Of a stretch of DNA of 64,000 nucleotides, positions 49,898-59,209 are shown piece after piece. Source of the DNA: Longimicrobiales bacterium (GTDB lineage Bacteria > Gemmatimonadota > Gemmatimonadetes > Longimicrobiales > Gaopeijiaceae). Numbering within the stretch: position 1 is the first letter of the stretch; each line of letters opens with the position of its first letter. The translations under genes and the position numbers were made by a program. The notes beneath the pieces were generated by a model. It worked only from the letters and a program-made list of their open reading frames with translations, searched no databases and was not told where the DNA came from. The stretch lies in NCBI GenBank assembly GCA_965116905.1, contig OZ220732.1, positions 1,568,001 to 1,632,000 on the forward strand, written 5' to 3'.

Positions 49898-49959
49898 ACC
49901 CCAATCAACATCCAATGTGTGCGTTTTGTCAACACATTTCGCGTACCTCGAAGGGGGAC

Positions 49960-50283
49960 GGCCGGATCGCATACAGCTTCATCCGCTCCGAGCGAACCGA
50001 CCCCGACACCGGGCGCCTGGCCCCGTCGGCCTTCGACGCCACCCACACCCTCAACCTGGTTGTCAACCGTGGCGTCGGGGAGTGGCTGGATCTGGGCGTG
50101 GCCTACCGAGCGGCCACCGGCGTGCCCTTCACACCGATCACGGGCGCGGCGTTCGATGAGACGCGCGACTTGTGGCAACCCGTGCATGGCTCGGAGGCCG
50201 CACGCACGGCGTTCGAGCGCGCGCTGGAATTGGAGCCCGGGTACATGTGGGTACGTGACGTGTTGCTGCCGGGGCTGGGGTAG
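49960..50283 (+). pseudogene. Chimeric remnant: TonB-dependent receptor fragment fused to a TPR C-terminal fragment
   Basis: FDATHTLNLV..AYRAATGVPFTP followed by ARTAFERALELEPGYMWVRDVLLP; no credible start. Confidence 0.5.
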
Positions 50284-50328
50284 CCGGTTTTCGGATGACT
50301 TGACCCTCCTTCCGTCGTCGACAGCAAT

Positions 50329-50370
50329 GTTGACAGTGTCAACGTCCCCTCTTAAGTTGACGGCGTCAAC
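50329..50370 (+). promoter_or_regulatory. Sigma70 promoter with two GTTGAC-N3-GTCAAC operators
   Basis: Palindromes at 50329-50343 and 50356-50370; TTGACA-17 bp-TAAGTT. Confidence 0.75.
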
Positions 50371-50409
50371 GCTGACCCCGGACCCACCAAGTCAGGAAGG
50401 AACCCCCCG

Positions 50410-51414
50410 ATGGCCGTCAACGAAAAGATCGCCAGCCGACTCCGATGCGCCTGGCGGGTTGCCACCGCCGCCCCGCTCGCGGCGGCCGCCCCCCTCGTCG
50501 CGCTGAGTGGGTTCGCAGCCCCTATGGCGGCGACTGCCCAGGATCGGGACGGCTTTTATCTGCGGGTCGATTTCGGGGACTCGGATGCGCTGACCATTCT
50601 GGGGAGCATGATGGGGGTCGATCCGCCGACGCGTTGTGACCGGCTGTTGCATCCCGACCCGGCGAATGTCCCGCGGGATCCGGCGTGCGCTGGGTCGGGA
50701 TCGGGCGTGTTCGCGACCGTGCGGTTTGATCGCGGCGCGGAAACCATGACCAGCGCCACCGCTCTTGCGCTGGGATACACCCGTGGCCGGATTCGGCTGG
50801 AAGCTGAACTGAGCAACACCGCGCTGGGTGGAACCTCGGCACCGCTGTTGGCCGCGGGCCGACTCGCGACGGAGGCCGCGCAGGAGTGGAGCACGATCGA
50901 ACCACCCTCTGCCAGGTTGTCCGGGCTCACTCTGTCGGACGTGTTCGTGAACGTGCACCTCGACTTCCACAATTCGTCGCGCTTTACGCCGTTCGTCGGT
51001 GCAGGAGGTGGCGGGTCCACGGTGGTGCTCGCCTTTGAGGCGCTGCGGGTACGACGAACCCTCGCCGACGGGTTTGCGCCTGCGGGCGGCGTGGACCCTG
51101 CGACGGACATCGTCATGCCCGCGTGGCAGTCGCGCGCGGCGGGCACGGCCGACTACACGTCATTCCTCATGGCCGAATCGACGCTCGGAGCGAATCTGAT
51201 CGGAGGGGTGGCGTTCCAGGCGAACGAGCGATTCAGCATCGCGCTGCGCGGGCGCTACGCACGTTACCGCGATGTCCGGAAGTCCGGGGAATGGGATTCA
51301 CTGCGAAGCCATGCGCCGGTGCTCGCGGACGGTCGGACGCCCGCAACTTTCGACCTGGTGCTCGGTGACATCGCGTTCTATGCGGTGGCCGTCTCGCTCG
51401 TGTACGGCTTCTAG
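50410..51414 (+). CDS. Outer-membrane beta-barrel (opacity/OmpA-like) protein
   Basis: Signal peptide, GFYL, RLEAE, FTPFVGAGGG, terminal VYGF. Confidence 0.7.
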   Translation: MAVNEKIASRLRCAWRVATAAPLAAAAPLVALSGFAAPMAATAQDRDGFYLRVDFGDSDALTILGSMMGVDPPTRCDRLLHPDPANVPRDPACAGSGSGVFATVRFDRGAETMTSATALALGYTRGRIRLEAELSNTALGGTSAPLLAAGRLATEAAQEWSTIEPPSARLSGLTLSDVFVNVHLDFHNSSRFTPFVGAGGGGSTVVLAFEALRVRRTLADGFAPAGGVDPATDIVMPAWQSRAAGTADYTSFLMAESTLGANLIGGVAFQANERFSIALRGRYARYRDVRKSGEWDSLRSHAPVLADGRTPATFDLVLGDIAFYAVAVSLVYGF

Positions 51415-52019
51415 CGACCGGCACGCACGCCGTCGAGGAGCATCGCCGTGGTCTGTCGGATCAGCCCGTCGACATCCACGTCGGTAAGGATCTGCCCCTC
51501 GATCAGCAGCGACGCCAGACCGTGTACGGCACCCCATGCCACGTAGGCCTGCAGGTGGGGATCCTGTCCCTTGATCGCTCCGCTCCGCTGGTATGACTGG
51601 AAGACGCGCACGAGTTCGTCGAACAAACCGTTGGCGACCTCGCGGAGTTCGGGTTGGTCCTCGCGAGCGATCGCTTCCTTTCCGTACATGAGGCGATAGT
51701 GCCCCGGGTTTTCCAGCGCGAACCGCACGTACACCTCGCCGAACTGCCGGAGCCGCTCGATCCCTGCGCCCGGGGCTCCCGCGCCCACGGCCTCCAGCCG
51801 GTCTCGAAGGTGGCCGAAACCGGCGGTGGCGACCGCCACGAGGAGCGCGGACTTGTCTGCGAAGTGGCGATAGGCTGCGGACCGCGACACGCCCAGGCGC
51901 CGCCCGATCGCACGCATCGTCACGCTCGAGGTCCCGCCCTCGTCGATCATCGCAGCGGCTTCGGCGAGCAGGGCCGCCCGCAGGTCTCCGTGGTGATACG
52001 CGCCGCCGTCGAGGGTCAT
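51411..52019 (-). CDS. TetR family regulator (WHG-type C-terminus)
   Basis: YHHGDLRAALL, TMRAIGRRLGVSRSAAYRHF, WGAVHGLASL. Confidence 0.9.
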   Translation of the reverse strand: MTLDGGAYHHGDLRAALLAEAAAMIDEGGTSSVTMRAIGRRLGVSRSAAYRHFADKSALLVAVATAGFGHLRDRLEAVGAGAPGAGIERLRQFGEVYVRFALENPGHYRLMYGKEAIAREDQPELREVANGLFDELVRVFQSYQRSGAIKGQDPHLQAYVAWGAVHGLASLLIEGQILTDVDVDGLIRQTTAMLLDGVRAGR

Positions 52020-52055
52020 GTCCCCAAAGTGACCGGTCCAGTGGTGATCAGCAAT

Positions 52056-52085
52056 GTTGACAACGTCAACACTATTCATTAAGTT
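52056..52085 (+). promoter_or_regulatory. Sigma70 promoter with GTTGAC-N3-GTCAAC operator
   Basis: Palindrome at 52056-52070; TTGACA-17 bp-TAAGTT; divergent from tetR. Confidence 0.75.
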
Positions 52086-52135
52086 AAACAGGTAAGCAGG
52101 ACGCGGAATCGACCACTCAAGGGAGAAAGAACCAG

Positions 52136-52780
52136 ATGGCCGTCAACGACGAGATTTCCGGATTCCTGAAGGCGGGCCTGGAGCGAGGCCTTCCCCGCGA
52201 GCAACTCCAGGAGGTGCTGCTCGAGGCCGGCTGGCCCCAGGACCAGGTCCGACGCGCCCTTGGCGGCTTCGCCGACGTCGCGTTTCCGATCCCCGTCCCC
52301 CGCCCGGCACCGTACCTGTCTGCTCGCGAGGCCTTCCTCTACCTCGTTCTCTTCGGCACGTTGTACGGCAGCGCGATCAGCCTCGGGAGCCTCATCTTCG
52401 CATTTATTCACCAGGCGTTTCCCGACCCCTCCCTGGACCCCGCGGCCGCCCTGGAGATGGCGCGCGAGGAGATCCGGTGGGCGGTCTCGTTCCTGGTCGC
52501 GACCTTCCCCGTCTTCGCCTTCGTCTTCTGGACGAACGATCGTGCTGTCCGGAAAGACCCGGGTCGACGGCTCTCGCGAGTTCGGCAGTCGTTGACGTAT
52601 CTGTCGCTGTTCGTGGGTGCGGCCACCCTCATCGGCGTGGTCACCAGCATCGTCTACAACCTCCTCGGCGGCGAACTGACGGTCCGGTTCACCCTGAAGG
52701 TCCTCACGGTCGCCACGATCACCGGCTCGTTGTTCGGGTACTTCCTTCGCGACGTGCGCAGGGAGGAGGTGGCAGAATGA
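52136..52780 (+). CDS. DUF5671-like membrane protein
   Basis: LLEAGW, PIPVPRP..SAREAFLYL, LLGGELTVRF.LK. Confidence 0.75.
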   Translation: MAVNDEISGFLKAGLERGLPREQLQEVLLEAGWPQDQVRRALGGFADVAFPIPVPRPAPYLSAREAFLYLVLFGTLYGSAISLGSLIFAFIHQAFPDPSLDPAAALEMAREEIRWAVSFLVATFPVFAFVFWTNDRAVRKDPGRRLSRVRQSLTYLSLFVGAATLIGVVTSIVYNLLGGELTVRFTLKVLTVATITGSLFGYFLRDVRREEVAE

Positions 52781-53277
52781 AGCTCTCGCCCCGATCCATC
52801 GCGTTGGGAGCCTCGGGAACGGCCGTTGTCGCGGCGGTGGTTGTCGCCCTGGTACTCCTGGGAAACCCCGCGCAGGAGCGCGAGCGCCGCATCGACGATC
52901 GGCGAGCGGCCGACCTGCACGCGATCGCGGCGGCTACCGATCTCTACCGGGCTCGACATGGGCGGCTTCCGGCTTCCCTGGACGAACTGGCGGCCGAGCC
53001 CGGCTTGACGATCAGCACGCACGATCCCACCAGCTCGGAGACATACGGGTACCGGGCGCTCGACGATGGGCGCTACGAGGTGTGCGCCACCTTCGCCGAG
53101 GAGTCCGGGGGACCGACCAGGAGCCTCCCGATCATGGAGCGGACCTGCCAGGGCTGCCATGCCCCGGGGTCGCCTCTCGCGACCTGGACCGACGATGAGG
53201 CGGCCGCGCGCGTTGGGCTTCGGGACCTGTGGGCGCACGGCTCGGGACGGCAATGCTTCGAGATGCGGGCGCGGTGA
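52777..53277 (+). CDS. Pilin-like membrane-anchored protein containing a CxxCH motif
   Basis: N-terminal TM, DDRRAADL, LPASLDEL, YEVCATF, CQGCH, WAHGSGRQCF. Confidence 0.7.
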   Translation: MKLSPRSIALGASGTAVVAAVVVALVLLGNPAQERERRIDDRRAADLHAIAAATDLYRARHGRLPASLDELAAEPGLTISTHDPTSSETYGYRALDDGRYEVCATFAEESGGPTRSLPIMERTCQGCHAPGSPLATWTDDEAAARVGLRDLWAHGSGRQCFEMRAR

Positions 53278-54986
53278 GGCGGCGGCTCAAAGCGCGCCTG
53301 CTGCTTCCCGTTCTCGCGCTTCCTGCTCTTGCCCTTGGCGCCCTCCACGGATGCGGCGGGGCCGTCCACGTCCCCTCGGGCACGCCGGTCACCTCTCGCC
53401 AGCCGCCCGGTCCGGCGCCAAACCCGCCAACGCTCCTGCCGCCACAGGTCGCATTCGACCGATACGAGGTCGTGACCGACTCGGCGGAACGCCAGACGGT
53501 GCTCACGGGGTTTCTCCTCGGTGGCCCGATCGCCGAACTGGCTGTCGTGAGCGTCGATGAACACGACGGCCGCCGCCTCCGCATCTACGCCTTCGCCGGC
53601 AGCGCCTGGCGGCCGAGTCTCGACATCGCGCTGGGTCCCGAAGTGCGGTTCGTGGACATCGCGAACATCGGGGGCGAGGATCGGCTCGTCACCTACGAGT
53701 CCGGCCGCCTGAGCTGGCTCGACCCGAAGCGCGGGACCGGGGAGCTGCTCGTGGCGGTGCCGTCCGACTTCGCCTCGCCGCGGCACCGCGAGGTCCCGCA
53801 CGTCGACATCACGCGAGACGTGAACGGGGACGGCCGCGACGATCTGGTCGTGCCGGACTCCGCCGGATTCCAGGTGTTCGTCCAGGCCGGCGACGGCACC
53901 TTCACCAACCCCGTGGGCATCGGTCCTCCGACGGACATGAGCCGGATCCGCGGGGCCGACGGATACCGCTACGACCCCTGGTCTCAGAGCCGCGTCCACG
54001 CCATCGACTACGACGGCGATGGCCGAAGGGACCTCGCGTTCTGGAACGGCGACCACTTCGCGGTGCATTTGCAGGAAGCGGACGGCCGGTTTCGCGCGGT
54101 GGCCGAGACCTTCACGACCGAGGTCGGTTTCGACTCCGACAAGCTCTCCTCGCTTGCCAGCGGAGACATGACGGGGAGGGTGCTGCATGCCCTCTCCGAC
54201 GTGAACGGCGATGGAGTAGGGGATCTCGCGATCCTGGCCCTGGCGGGCGCGAGCTCATCGAGCAAGGAGTCCAGCTACGAGGTTCATCTCGGGACGCGGA
54301 CACCCGACGGCCGGACGGAATTTGCGCCGAGCGCCGATATCGTCTTCAGGTCTCCCGGCCGCATTCAGCTCGCGGTGGACCGGCACGACCTCGACGGCGA
54401 CGGCCAGGCCGAACTGATGTTCACCACCATCGACGTCGCGTCCCTCAGCGGCGGCCTCTTCAAGAGGCTGAAGGGGGCCATGGGCGACGACACCTGGCTC
54501 CACCTCGAGTTCTACCGCGCGGGGCGGGGCGTTTTCGGTGACGCCGCCAATGCCAGGCGGCCGATGGCGCTCGACGGCGCCCCCAGCCACAGGGAGCCGG
54601 GGTGGGTGCCGCTGGACGTCGTGCTGCGCGGCGGACTCCACGAGAGGCGTAGAACGCAGGATGGCTACCGGCGCGCCTTCAACCGGACTCTGCTCATCGG
54701 AGACGTGACAGGCGATGGCCGCTCGGATCTACTGATCGAGACCACGCCCTGGGCGCTTGAAGCTTTCGCTGGAGTGCCGGGCCCTGAGCTCTTCGCCCGG
54801 ATTCCCCAGACAGTGGCGGTCGAGTTGCCCAACGACGGCGAGTACACCTGGCTGTCCGACCTCAATCGGGACGGCCGGCAGGACATCGTCATCCACCACC
54901 CGTTCACCTTGCGGGACCCCCATGGTGGGCGGCTGCGTCCGCCGGGTGCGGAGAGGCATCGGGTGACGCTGCTGCTTTCCCGGTGA
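53274..54986 (+). CDS. FG-GAP/VCBS repeat lipoprotein
   Basis: Lipobox LHGC; multiple DxNGDGRxDL repeats. Confidence 0.8.
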   Translation: MRRRLKARLLLPVLALPALALGALHGCGGAVHVPSGTPVTSRQPPGPAPNPPTLLPPQVAFDRYEVVTDSAERQTVLTGFLLGGPIAELAVVSVDEHDGRRLRIYAFAGSAWRPSLDIALGPEVRFVDIANIGGEDRLVTYESGRLSWLDPKRGTGELLVAVPSDFASPRHREVPHVDITRDVNGDGRDDLVVPDSAGFQVFVQAGDGTFTNPVGIGPPTDMSRIRGADGYRYDPWSQSRVHAIDYDGDGRRDLAFWNGDHFAVHLQEADGRFRAVAETFTTEVGFDSDKLSSLASGDMTGRVLHALSDVNGDGVGDLAILALAGASSSSKESSYEVHLGTRTPDGRTEFAPSADIVFRSPGRIQLAVDRHDLDGDGQAELMFTTIDVASLSGGLFKRLKGAMGDDTWLHLEFYRAGRGVFGDAANARRPMALDGAPSHREPGWVPLDVVLRGGLHERRRTQDGYRRAFNRTLLIGDVTGDGRSDLLIETTPWALEAFAGVPGPELFARIPQTVAVELPNDGEYTWLSDLNRDGRQDIVIHHPFTLRDPHGGRLRPPGAERHRVTLLLSR

Positions 54987-54998
54987 GTTGGATCCGCA

Positions 54999-55064
54999 TT
55001 TGACGATCACAGATGATCGCCAAAACCATTTGTCGATCATATTATCATCGAAATGATCGCCAAA
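54999..55064 (+). repeat. 66-bp four-half-site element, copy B
   Basis: TTTGACGATCA-4-TGATCGCCAAA-4-TTTGTCGATCA-14-TGATCGCCAAA. Confidence 0.88.
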
Positions 55065-55156
55065 CCATTGGCAAGCGATTGGACTCGGATTAGCTTCTGA
55101 ACCCCGTGACATGGGGTCGACGAGGACAAACGCGCGAACTCGAGGGGCCGAGATCA

Positions 55157-56281
55157 GTGGTGCCAGTCTACTACCACGAAGGACGATTCCCGCCGGACGA
55201 CCGCTTGGACTGGCAGAGGCTGGTCCCGCTGTTGGGCCCAGCGTATTCTGCGGTCGCGAGGTATGACGGCATGCTGTCGGCTGTTCCCGATTCCAGCATC
55301 CTGCTCGCACCCCTTTCCACGCAGGAAGCGGTACTCTCATCGAGAATAGAGGGTATTCAGGCCACGATGGGCCAGGTTCTGGAGTTCGAAGCTCGGGGTA
55401 TGGCGAAGTCCGCTTCCCGCCGCGACGATGTCCTCGAAGTAGTCCAATACCGCCGCGCGATGTGGCATGCAGAGCACATGCTGCGCGAGCTTCCGCTGTC
55501 TCTCCGGGTCATTCGTGAATCACACCGGGTTCTTCTGTCCAGCGGCCGAGGCAGACAGCGTTCACCCGGTGAGTATCGGCGGATTCAGAACTGGATTGGG
55601 CCGCCTGGTTGCCCCGTGGAAGAAGCCAACTTCGTTCCGATCGCCGCTCAGAACCTGGCCGACGGCATGGGGGCCTGGGAACGATACATCCACCAGGACG
55701 GACCGGACCGCCTGGTCCAACTCGCCATCATGCATGCCGAGTTTGAGGCCCTTCATCCGTTTCTGGACGGCAATGGTCGCATGGGCCGGATGCTCGTGCC
55801 GCTTTTCATGTGGCAGCGTGAGGTGATCCGCCAGCCGGCCTTCTACATCAGTGCCTATTTCGAGGCCAACCGTGACGCCTACTACGAAGGGCTGCGATCC
55901 GTATCGCGTGACGACGACTGGAGCGGATGGTGCGCGTTCTTCCTCGATGCCGTGCGGACGCAAGCGGAGGACAACTTGGCGAAGACCGAGGCGATTCTTC
56001 GGCTGTATGAGGAGATGAAGGACCGTGTCCTTGTGGCGACCAACTCCCGATATGCGACTCGGGCTCTCGACTCGATCTTCCGGCGGCCGGTCTTTGCGAG
56101 CGCCCAGTTCGTAGAAGGAACCGAATCGTCTGCGCCCACGGCTCGCCGGATCCTTCGGCGCCTGTGCGACTCAGGGGTGTTACAGAGGATCGATCCAGCC
56201 AGTGGTCGGCGGCCTGCGCTGTTTGTGTTCAGCCACCTGCTCAACCTTGCGGAGGGCAGCCAGGCACCCGCCAGCATTTGA
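55157..56281 (+). CDS. Fic family protein (Fic_N, Fic, C-terminal wHTH)
   Basis: EAVLSSRIEG, PGEYRRIQNWIG, canonical HPFLDGNGRMGR. Confidence 0.92.
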   Translation: MVPVYYHEGRFPPDDRLDWQRLVPLLGPAYSAVARYDGMLSAVPDSSILLAPLSTQEAVLSSRIEGIQATMGQVLEFEARGMAKSASRRDDVLEVVQYRRAMWHAEHMLRELPLSLRVIRESHRVLLSSGRGRQRSPGEYRRIQNWIGPPGCPVEEANFVPIAAQNLADGMGAWERYIHQDGPDRLVQLAIMHAEFEALHPFLDGNGRMGRMLVPLFMWQREVIRQPAFYISAYFEANRDAYYEGLRSVSRDDDWSGWCAFFLDAVRTQAEDNLAKTEAILRLYEEMKDRVLVATNSRYATRALDSIFRRPVFASAQFVEGTESSAPTARRILRRLCDSGVLQRIDPASGRRPALFVFSHLLNLAEGSQAPASI

Positions 56282-56342
56282 CGATCACGAATGATCGCCA
56301 AAACCATTTGTCGATCACATCATGACAAATTTGATCGTCAAA
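56277..56342 (+). repeat. 66-bp four-half-site element, copy C (contains the Fic stop codon)
   Basis: TTTGACGATCA-4-TGATCGCCAAA-4-TTTGTCGATCA-14-TGATCGTCAAA; 56274-56317 is 42/44 identical to 54996-55039. Confidence 0.88.
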
Positions 56343-56423
56343 GTGGGTCATGGTTCGTGTCGTGACCGGAAACGCACCGGCCGCCCGGCCATTTCGGGCG
56401 GCGGAGCGTGCGTCGCAGATTCA

Positions 56424-56444
56424 TTACCTTATTGCAGAAGGTAA
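56424..56444. promoter_or_regulatory. Inverted repeat, probable operator of the AbrB-VapC pair
   Basis: TTACCTT-7 bp-AAGGTAA upstream of the antitoxin. Confidence 0.5.
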
Positions 56445-56483
56445 GGAAACTGTGTACACTGTAAGGCAAATGGAGATGCGCCC

Positions 56484-56717
56484 ATGCTCGAATCCACGGT
56501 GACAAAAAAGGGACAGACCACGCTCCCCAAGCCCGTCCGGGACACACTGGGCGTACAGGCCGGTGACCGCGTGCGCTACGTCGTTCTTGACGGGGAAGCG
56601 CGCATTCTGCCCGTCCGTCCCATCGGTCGGCTGTTCGGCGTACTGAAGCACGACGGGCCACCCGTCACCGTGGAGGAAATGAAGCGAGCCATAGCCGACG
56701 CGGCGTCCGGGGAATGA
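56484..56717 (+). CDS. AbrB/MazE-type antitoxin
   Basis: STVTKKGQTTLPKPVRDTLGVQAGDRV. Confidence 0.88.
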   Translation: MLESTVTKKGQTTLPKPVRDTLGVQAGDRVRYVVLDGEARILPVRPIGRLFGVLKHDGPPVTVEEMKRAIADAASGE

Positions 56718-57109
56718 TCGCGCTCGACACCAACGTTCTTGTTCGCTACCTGGTGCGGGACGACGAGCAGCAGGCGGAGTCTGCTCGCGCCTTGTTGGAA
56801 TCGCTTACCAGCGAACGACCGGGCTATGCCTGCCGCGAAGTTGTCGTCGAACTCGTCTGGGTCCTGGAACGGGCCTATGGGGTTTCGCGCGCACGCATTG
56901 CGACGATCCTCCAGGAACTTGTGGCGACGCAGAGTCTCGTTGTCGAGGCCGCGGACGATGTGGCCCGAGCCGCAATTCGCTACCAGGAGGGTGGCCCGGG
57001 ATTCTCGGATCTGATGATCCTCGCCGCGGCGCACCGGGCTGGTGCGCGTCCGCTCTATACCTTCGACCGGCAGGCGGCGCGAATGGAGGGTGTCGAACTG
57101 CTGCGGTGA
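56714..57109 (+). CDS. vapC: VapC PIN-domain toxin
   Basis: ALDTNVLVRYL, ELVWVL, FSD..I, TFDR; ATGA overlap. Confidence 0.9.
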   Translation: MIALDTNVLVRYLVRDDEQQAESARALLESLTSERPGYACREVVVELVWVLERAYGVSRARIATILQELVATQSLVVEAADDVARAAIRYQEGGPGFSDLMILAAAHRAGARPLYTFDRQAARMEGVELLR

Positions 57110-57151
57110 GGCCACCGCCATCGGGGCGAGGCGCGGTTCTCCTCACCCCCC

Positions 57152-59074
57152 TCAAAACCCCAGCGACGCCGTCTCTCGCCTTACGTCCCCCGCCGCGATC
57201 ATGACCCCCGTTTCCGGATCGCGCCAGGTCACCGTCGGCGCGCACGCACGCCAGTTCCACATGCCCCAGGACTCGACGTCGTGCCCCATCGCGCGCAGCG
57301 CTTCCGCCGTCTCGGCCGGGATCCGGTCCTCGAGGCGGAGCACCGCCGGACTGGTATTCACCTCGCTGCCCGAGGCGGGGAAGTTGTAGCTGCCGAAGCG
57401 GGGCTGGTCGAGGGCCTGCTCGGGTGACATCCCCCACACGACCACGTTCAGGAAGACCTGCAGGAGCGACTGCAGCTGCTGGTCGCCGCCGGGGGTGGAG
57501 AGTCCCATGAACGGCCGGCCGTCCTTCATCACCAGAAGAGGCGAGTTGGTGTTGCGCGGGCGCTTGCCGGGGGCCATCACGTTGGCCAGCTCCGGATCCA
57601 GGTTGAACTGGCCCATGCGGTTGCCCAGCCCGAACCCCCATCCCGGGATCATGGGCGTAAACGTGTGCCCATCGCTCTCGGTCAGCGAGAACAGGTTGCC
57701 CTCCCCGTCCATGACGTTGAGGGACGAGGTGTCGATGGAACGGGCCGGCCCATCGCCACCCCCGTCCGCCACCACGAGGCTCGCTGGCGCCCTGCTCGCC
57801 ACCACGAAGCTCGTCGGCGCGTCGTCCGCCACCGCCGCCATCGCCGCCGGATCTCCCCACGGCGGCATGTCCTGGAACGCGCGCTTCTCGTCGATGAGCT
57901 CGATGCGCTCGCGCGCGTATTCCTTCCCGTAGAGCCCCTCAGGCGCCGGCGCGAAGTCCGGATCGCCGACGTACCTGTGGGAATCCGACATCGCCAGGTT
58001 GATGACCTGCGAGATGAGATGGATGTATGCCGGGGTGTTGTAGCCGAGCGCGCGCAAGTCATGGTTTTCGAGCATGTTGAGCACCAGGACGATGCGCGGC
58101 CCCTGGCTCCAGCCGTCGCCCGTGTACACGTCGTAGCCCTGGAAGCTCGTGCCCAGCGGCTCCTCCCAGCGACTCTCGTAGCCCGCCAGGTCTTCGTAGC
58201 GAACGATTCCGCCCTGCTCGCGGAAGAAACGGTCCACGTCGCGCGCGGGCTCACCCTTGTAGAACGCGTCCCGCGCAGCGCGGATCCCTTCGGAGCGGCT
58301 TGCGCCGGCGGCAAGCGCCTGCTCCTCGGCCTCCATCATGTAGCGGATGAGCCGCCCCAGGTCGGCGTTCACCATCAAGTCCCCCAGACGCTGCTCGCCG
58401 ACCCCGTTCTGGAACCAGAAGTCGCGGTTGTAGGGGAAGGCGAGGATCTCCTCCATCTGATCCTCGATCATCCACTTCTGCATCTTGTAGAGGTGATAGC
58501 CCTCTTCGGCGATGCGCAGAGTCGGCCGCGCGGCTTCGCTGAAGCTGAGGGTGCCGAAGCGGTCGAGCGTGGCGAGCCAGACGTCGACGTCGGCCGGAAT
58601 CAGCGCGTTGTTGATGGGCGACTTGCCGTGCTCGAGGAAATGGTCGAGCGTGGCGAGCGCGGGCGAGGTCCCGGCCCCGACCCGCGTGATCACCTGGTCC
58701 TCGGCGGCGCTGTAGAGGATGAGGGGCGCGACCCCGGTCCAGCCCGCGTAGTCCATCTTGAGCGCCTTGAGCGCCATCCCTGCGGTCACCCCCGCATCGA
58801 AGGCGTTGCCCCCGGCCCTGAGCACCTCGTACCCGGCCTGCGTGGCCAGGTAGTGCCCGGAAGAGATGACCCCGCGCGTGCCCATGACCCGCGGCCGCAT
58901 GGCCTCGACGTTGTCCGCGTCGTGGACGACGCCGTAGCTGTTGAATGGGGCGATGGTGGCGAAAACGCCTTCGTCGGTGGCAGAGGTGGCCTCGTCCGCC
59001 GCCCCAGTGCCCGACCCGAGCCACGCGATGATTGCCAGGGCCGCGACGGCGGCTACCCATGTGAGATGTTTCAT
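57152..59074 (-). CDS. ggt: Gamma-glutamyltransferase family protein
   Basis: GGNAFDA, catalytic Thr in DTSS..VMD, PGKRPR.T, TPGGDQQ; own signal-like start MKHLTW at 59074. Confidence 0.88.
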   Translation of the reverse strand: MKHLTWVAAVAALAIIAWLGSGTGAADEATSATDEGVFATIAPFNSYGVVHDADNVEAMRPRVMGTRGVISSGHYLATQAGYEVLRAGGNAFDAGVTAGMALKALKMDYAGWTGVAPLILYSAAEDQVITRVGAGTSPALATLDHFLEHGKSPINNALIPADVDVWLATLDRFGTLSFSEAARPTLRIAEEGYHLYKMQKWMIEDQMEEILAFPYNRDFWFQNGVGEQRLGDLMVNADLGRLIRYMMEAEEQALAAGASRSEGIRAARDAFYKGEPARDVDRFFREQGGIVRYEDLAGYESRWEEPLGTSFQGYDVYTGDGWSQGPRIVLVLNMLENHDLRALGYNTPAYIHLISQVINLAMSDSHRYVGDPDFAPAPEGLYGKEYARERIELIDEKRAFQDMPPWGDPAAMAAVADDAPTSFVVASRAPASLVVADGGGDGPARSIDTSSLNVMDGEGNLFSLTESDGHTFTPMIPGWGFGLGNRMGQFNLDPELANVMAPGKRPRNTNSPLLVMKDGRPFMGLSTPGGDQQLQSLLQVFLNVVVWGMSPEQALDQPRFGSYNFPASGSEVNTSPAVLRLEDRIPAETAEALRAMGHDVESWGMWNWRACAPTVTWRDPETGVMIAAGDVRRETASLGF

Positions 59075-59078
59075 CGCG

Positions 59079-59209
59079 TTCTTGAACGTGTTGCGGGCCG
59101 CCTGAGGGGCAATTGCCATCTCGCGGTCAACGCCCGTCGCGGGCCGCAGTTCGTCGCGCTCGAACTTCTTGAGGATTTCCCACTCTTCGGCGTTCAGTCG
59201 GTCTTTCAC
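59079..59209 (-). pseudogene. 5' fragment of the CopG antitoxin, in frame with ggt
   Basis: 121/131 nt identical to 49483-49613 by manual alignment. Confidence 0.9.

Noticed and set aside
54999..56342. 66-bp elements as integron attC sites, IS ends or CRISPR/TIGR arrays
   Set aside because: No RYYYAAC/GTTRRRY ends, no transposase or target duplication, no regular array, and no IntI, Cas or Nop-domain gene in the window.
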